A stretch of 64,000 bases of DNA from an uncultured delta proteobacterium. Lineage in GTDB: Bacteria > Desulfobacterota > Desulfobacteria > Desulfobacterales > QNYZ01. The DNA is taken from assembly GCA_963845145.1 (NCBI GenBank), contig CAWJQU010000002.1, forward strand, positions 352,001-416,000, given 5' to 3'. The notes beneath the pieces are model-generated. The model was not told the DNA's origin. It was given only the letters and a program-made list of their open reading frames with translations, and did not search any database. Position numbers and translations under genes: made by a program. Shown in pieces: positions 60,898-64,000 of this stretch; within the stretch, counting starts at the first letter, position 1, and every line of letters begins with the position of its first letter.

Positions 60898-63795
60898 CTA
60901 TTCGCCGTCCAAAACTTCCCTTAACTTCTGTGATAAGGTGTTTATTCCAAAAGGTTTCTGTATAAAACCATTTCGCCCATCAACCATTAGGCTTTTCACG
61001 GCCGCGTCCTGATTATACCCACTGACAAGCAATACCGGGATGTCCGGATCGAGGGTCTTAAGCTTCTCGTAGGTTTTTTGTCCTCCCAAACCGGGCATAA
61101 TCATATCCAACATCACCAGGTCGATACGACCCTGGTTTTTACTAAAAAGCACGACGGCATTTTCCCCACTATCGGCAACTTCCACCTGGTAACCCAATTT
61201 TTCCAGCAAGCTCTTGCCCAGGTCGAGAATCATGCGCTCGTCATCAACCAACAGAATCGTTTCCGATCCACTAAAAACCTGCTCATTGCGCTGCCTTTCC
61301 GGTCTGAGGGCCTTATCCGTGGCAGGCAGATAGATATCGAATTTACTGCCACGATCCTTTTGGCTTATAACATCGATAATCCCTTTATGATTCCGAATTA
61401 TTCCATAAGCCGAAGCAAGTCCCAACCCGGTGCCACGCCCTCTCTCCTTGGTCGTAAAAAACGGCTCAAACAATCTTTGAATGGTCCTGTCATCCATGCC
61501 CAACCCGGTATCCGCCACAGATATTTTTACATAGTTTCCGGGCGCGATGTCGTATTGTTTTAGAAATCGTTCGTCGATAACCACGTTACTGGTTTCAAGA
61601 AATAAATCGCCGCCGTCAGGCATGGCCTGCCAGGCATTGATAAATAGATTCAATAGGACCTGTTCGATCTGGCCTTGATCCACCTCAACGGACCAGGTCG
61701 AATCTGCAAATGTGGTATGGATTCTGATCTCTTTTTTGGTTCGACCGAACAAATCCGCGCTCTGTTTTACAATATCGTTAAGGTTGGTCGGCGTACTATC
61801 AGCCTGCCCTCCTCTGGCAAAACCGAGTAGCTGGTCGGTTAGGTTTGTGGCCCCATGAACATATTTCTCTATATTTTTTATTCGCTGGAAATGGGGATGA
61901 TCGGAACCGATATCGGAAAGAAGTAAAGAAGTCGTCCCTTCGATACCCATGAGGAGATTATTGAAGTCATGCGCAATCCCCCCCGCCAGGGTGCCAATCG
62001 CTTCCATCTTTCGGGATTGGAGCAGTTGGCGCTGCAATTGTTTACTATTGCTGATATCCCTTGCAATTCCCTGAGTCCCGATAAATCGCTCCGATTCCGG
62101 TCTGTCCGGATCAAATAGGCCTTCTGCCGTGACAACGAAATAACGCCACTCTTCTTCCGAAGAATTTTTGGTATTGTCTTTCACCAACATCCGCAGTTCC
62201 AAACCATTGATTGCGGCCCCGGCCTCGGTGGGATCCTCTATGAGCCGGCTTTCAATCATTTTTCTATCGCCGGGGGCCACGAGATCGATGACCTTAACGC
62301 CGAGCAGATTTTCCGGTCGATACCCATAGCGCATCACCGCATTGTTTACGAAGACGATTCGCCCGGAACGGTCCGTCCGGTAAACGACATCCGGAATAGT
62401 CGTTAAAATTGAATTGAGTCGACCTTCACTCTCTTTGAGTCTTATCAATGTCAATTGCGTCTTCGCCACTGCTTTGCGCTCTTTGAACCAGTATCTCAAT
62501 GGCAACAATAATGAGAAATTGGCCAATACAACCAGGCTGGCAAAAAGGGGCGAAAAGAGAATTCCCTTGGACTGAATAATCGCGACGGCCCCATACCAGA
62601 AACCCGAAAGCGTTACAGCGGTAAAAATTCCGCAAATAACCGCGCCAAAACGCGCAGCTATCAAGCTGGAGACGATACCGGCGATCAGGATCGACCCAAA
62701 TTCCCAAATTTTTGATACCGCAGGTTTGTAATGGTACTCATCATCGATGATATTAGCGGCTATCGTCGCATGAATTTCAATACCCGGAACTAGTCGGCCG
62801 CCGGGTGTTTGGTAATAATCTTCCAAACCGGCCGCAGATGTTCCCACAAAAACGAGTTTATCATTAAACTGTTCCATTTGGGCGTTGTTATTGAGAATAT
62901 CGTAGGCGGAAACGTAGTCGAAGGATCTTGCTTGCCCGCCATATTTAATGCGCATACTACCTTTTGCATCCACCGGAATTTTTTTTTGATCAAGCCGTAC
63001 CGATTCCAGTCCCCCCATATTGAAATTTATAATGGCTTGTTGCTCATCCACGCGATGCATCAGGCCGGCCAGAGCCAAACTGGGGAAATATTTGCCGTTG
63101 TATTCTAAGATCAATGGGATACGCCGCAGTATACCGTCATTATCCGGCACGGCATTTATAAAACCGGAGTGTGAGACAGACGACGAAATGGGATGGACAT
63201 TGCACACCACATCTAAAGCACGGAAAAATGGATTCGTCGGGTGTTTGCTGGAAGCGTCGTTTAGACGAGCGACCTCTATGGGATGCAAACGGCAATCCCG
63301 ATTAACGCTTCTATTTTCTTCAAAAATAAATTTATTGGCAAGGATAAAGGGCCCTTCCGCAATCGTTTGGGCAAGCAGCATGTCGTGATCTTCAAGCAAT
63401 CTGGGGATGCCTGTAACCTCAATATCCAAGTTTAAATCACGTTTAGCGCTCGCTTTAATGGCGGCCGGCGAGGTACGATCCGGCTCCGAAAACAGGATAT
63501 CGACGACGACGGTTCCGGCACCTGACTTTTTTATCGTTTCCAATAAATTCGCGATTTGATAGCGAGGCCAAGGCCATTGTCCAAAGGTTTGAAGGCTCTT
63601 CTCGTCAATATCGACGATGACAATGGAAGAATTGCGCTGGGTTGAACTCGCAGACGAAGAAATGAGATCCAAAATTTTCAGATCGACGATATGAAGGAAA
63701 GAAGGTCGCAAAAAAAATAAACCGGCTATGACGATTGTCAGAAATAAGCCGGTCGTTAAGATCAGCAGTTTACTTTTTAGCCAAACCAATCCCAT
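60898..63795 (-). CDS. CHASE2-PAS hybrid histidine kinase with receiver domain
   Basis: IVDIDEKSL..GQWPWPR, DGILRR; AGGIAHDFNNLL; GTGLGL; LLVDDE, LDMIMP. Confidence 0.94.
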   Translation of the reverse strand: MGLVWLKSKLLILTTGLFLTIVIAGLFFLRPSFLHIVDLKILDLISSSASSTQRNSSIVIVDIDEKSLQTFGQWPWPRYQIANLLETIKKSGAGTVVVDILFSEPDRTSPAAIKASAKRDLNLDIEVTGIPRLLEDHDMLLAQTIAEGPFILANKFIFEENRSVNRDCRLHPIEVARLNDASSKHPTNPFFRALDVVCNVHPISSSVSHSGFINAVPDNDGILRRIPLILEYNGKYFPSLALAGLMHRVDEQQAIINFNMGGLESVRLDQKKIPVDAKGSMRIKYGGQARSFDYVSAYDILNNNAQMEQFNDKLVFVGTSAAGLEDYYQTPGGRLVPGIEIHATIAANIIDDEYHYKPAVSKIWEFGSILIAGIVSSLIAARFGAVICGIFTAVTLSGFWYGAVAIIQSKGILFSPLFASLVVLANFSLLLPLRYWFKERKAVAKTQLTLIRLKESEGRLNSILTTIPDVVYRTDRSGRIVFVNNAVMRYGYRPENLLGVKVIDLVAPGDRKMIESRLIEDPTEAGAAINGLELRMLVKDNTKNSSEEEWRYFVVTAEGLFDPDRPESERFIGTQGIARDISNSKQLQRQLLQSRKMEAIGTLAGGIAHDFNNLLMGIEGTTSLLLSDIGSDHPHFQRIKNIEKYVHGATNLTDQLLGFARGGQADSTPTNLNDIVKQSADLFGRTKKEIRIHTTFADSTWSVEVDQGQIEQVLLNLFINAWQAMPDGGDLFLETSNVVIDERFLKQYDIAPGNYVKISVADTGLGMDDRTIQRLFEPFFTTKERGRGTGLGLASAYGIIRNHKGIIDVISQKDRGSKFDIYLPATDKALRPERQRNEQVFSGSETILLVDDERMILDLGKSLLEKLGYQVEVADSGENAVVLFSKNQGRIDLVMLDMIMPGLGGQKTYEKLKTLDPDIPVLLVSGYNQDAAVKSLMVDGRNGFIQKPFGINTLSQKLREVLDGE

Positions 63796-63798
63796 CAG

Positions 63799-64000
63799 CT
63801 ACCTAACGGTAATTTCCACCCGCCGGTTCCTTGCTTCGGAAATATCATCTTCCGTCTGGATAAGCAGATTTTTTTCACCATGTGACGTTACCTCTAAAAT
63901 CTCTGGGTCAACACCCCTGGAAATAAGTAATTCGCTGACAATTTCGGCTCGACGTACGGAAAGCTCATAGTTGTATTGCTTGTCGCCGGCTGTATCCGTG
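63799..64000 (-). CDS. OmpA-family protein, C-terminal part (starts beyond window)
   Basis: Manual translation TDTAGDKQYNYELSVRRA...SHGE...RNRRVEITVR*. Confidence 0.88.
   Translation of the reverse strand, partial: TDTAGDKQYNYELSVRRAEIVSELLISRGVDPEILEVTSHGEKNLLIQTEDDISEARNRRVEITVR

Noticed and set aside
5478..63388. Many antisense or alternate-frame ORFs in the track (e.g. 5478-6170, 13005-13604, 51256-51846)
   Set aside because: Shadows of well-supported genes on the other strand or frame

Overview
Bacterial chromosomal window whose gene content suggests an anaerobic Desulfobacterota (Desulfobacterales-like) organism; the taxonomy is an inference. 1-16 kb holds core and semi-core genes: the start of the dcw cluster (mraZ-rsmH-ftsL-ftsI), a GcvT-SHMT fusion, a Cys-less Lpd/SthA-like flavoprotein, and a DUF885 / unusually permuted ATP-grasp / SAM-methyltransferase / K+-channel operon. 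About 16-39.3 kb is a mosaic, partly AT-rich plasticity zone with pseudogenes, an IS1595 remnant, a chimeric hydrolase-kinase gene and duplicated histidine kinases. 39.3-64 kb holds an ArsR plus metal permease with a candidate C-terminal selenocysteine and SECIS, a palindromic MITE-like element, mutM, a korDAB-metF operon divergent from a glutamate dehydrogenase lacking its catalytic Lys, an IclR / Pot-like ABC / proline racemase / amidohydrolase cluster, and a CHASE2 hybrid kinase. No rRNA, tRNA or CRISPR array was seen. All calls come from visual motif recognition; no database searches were run.
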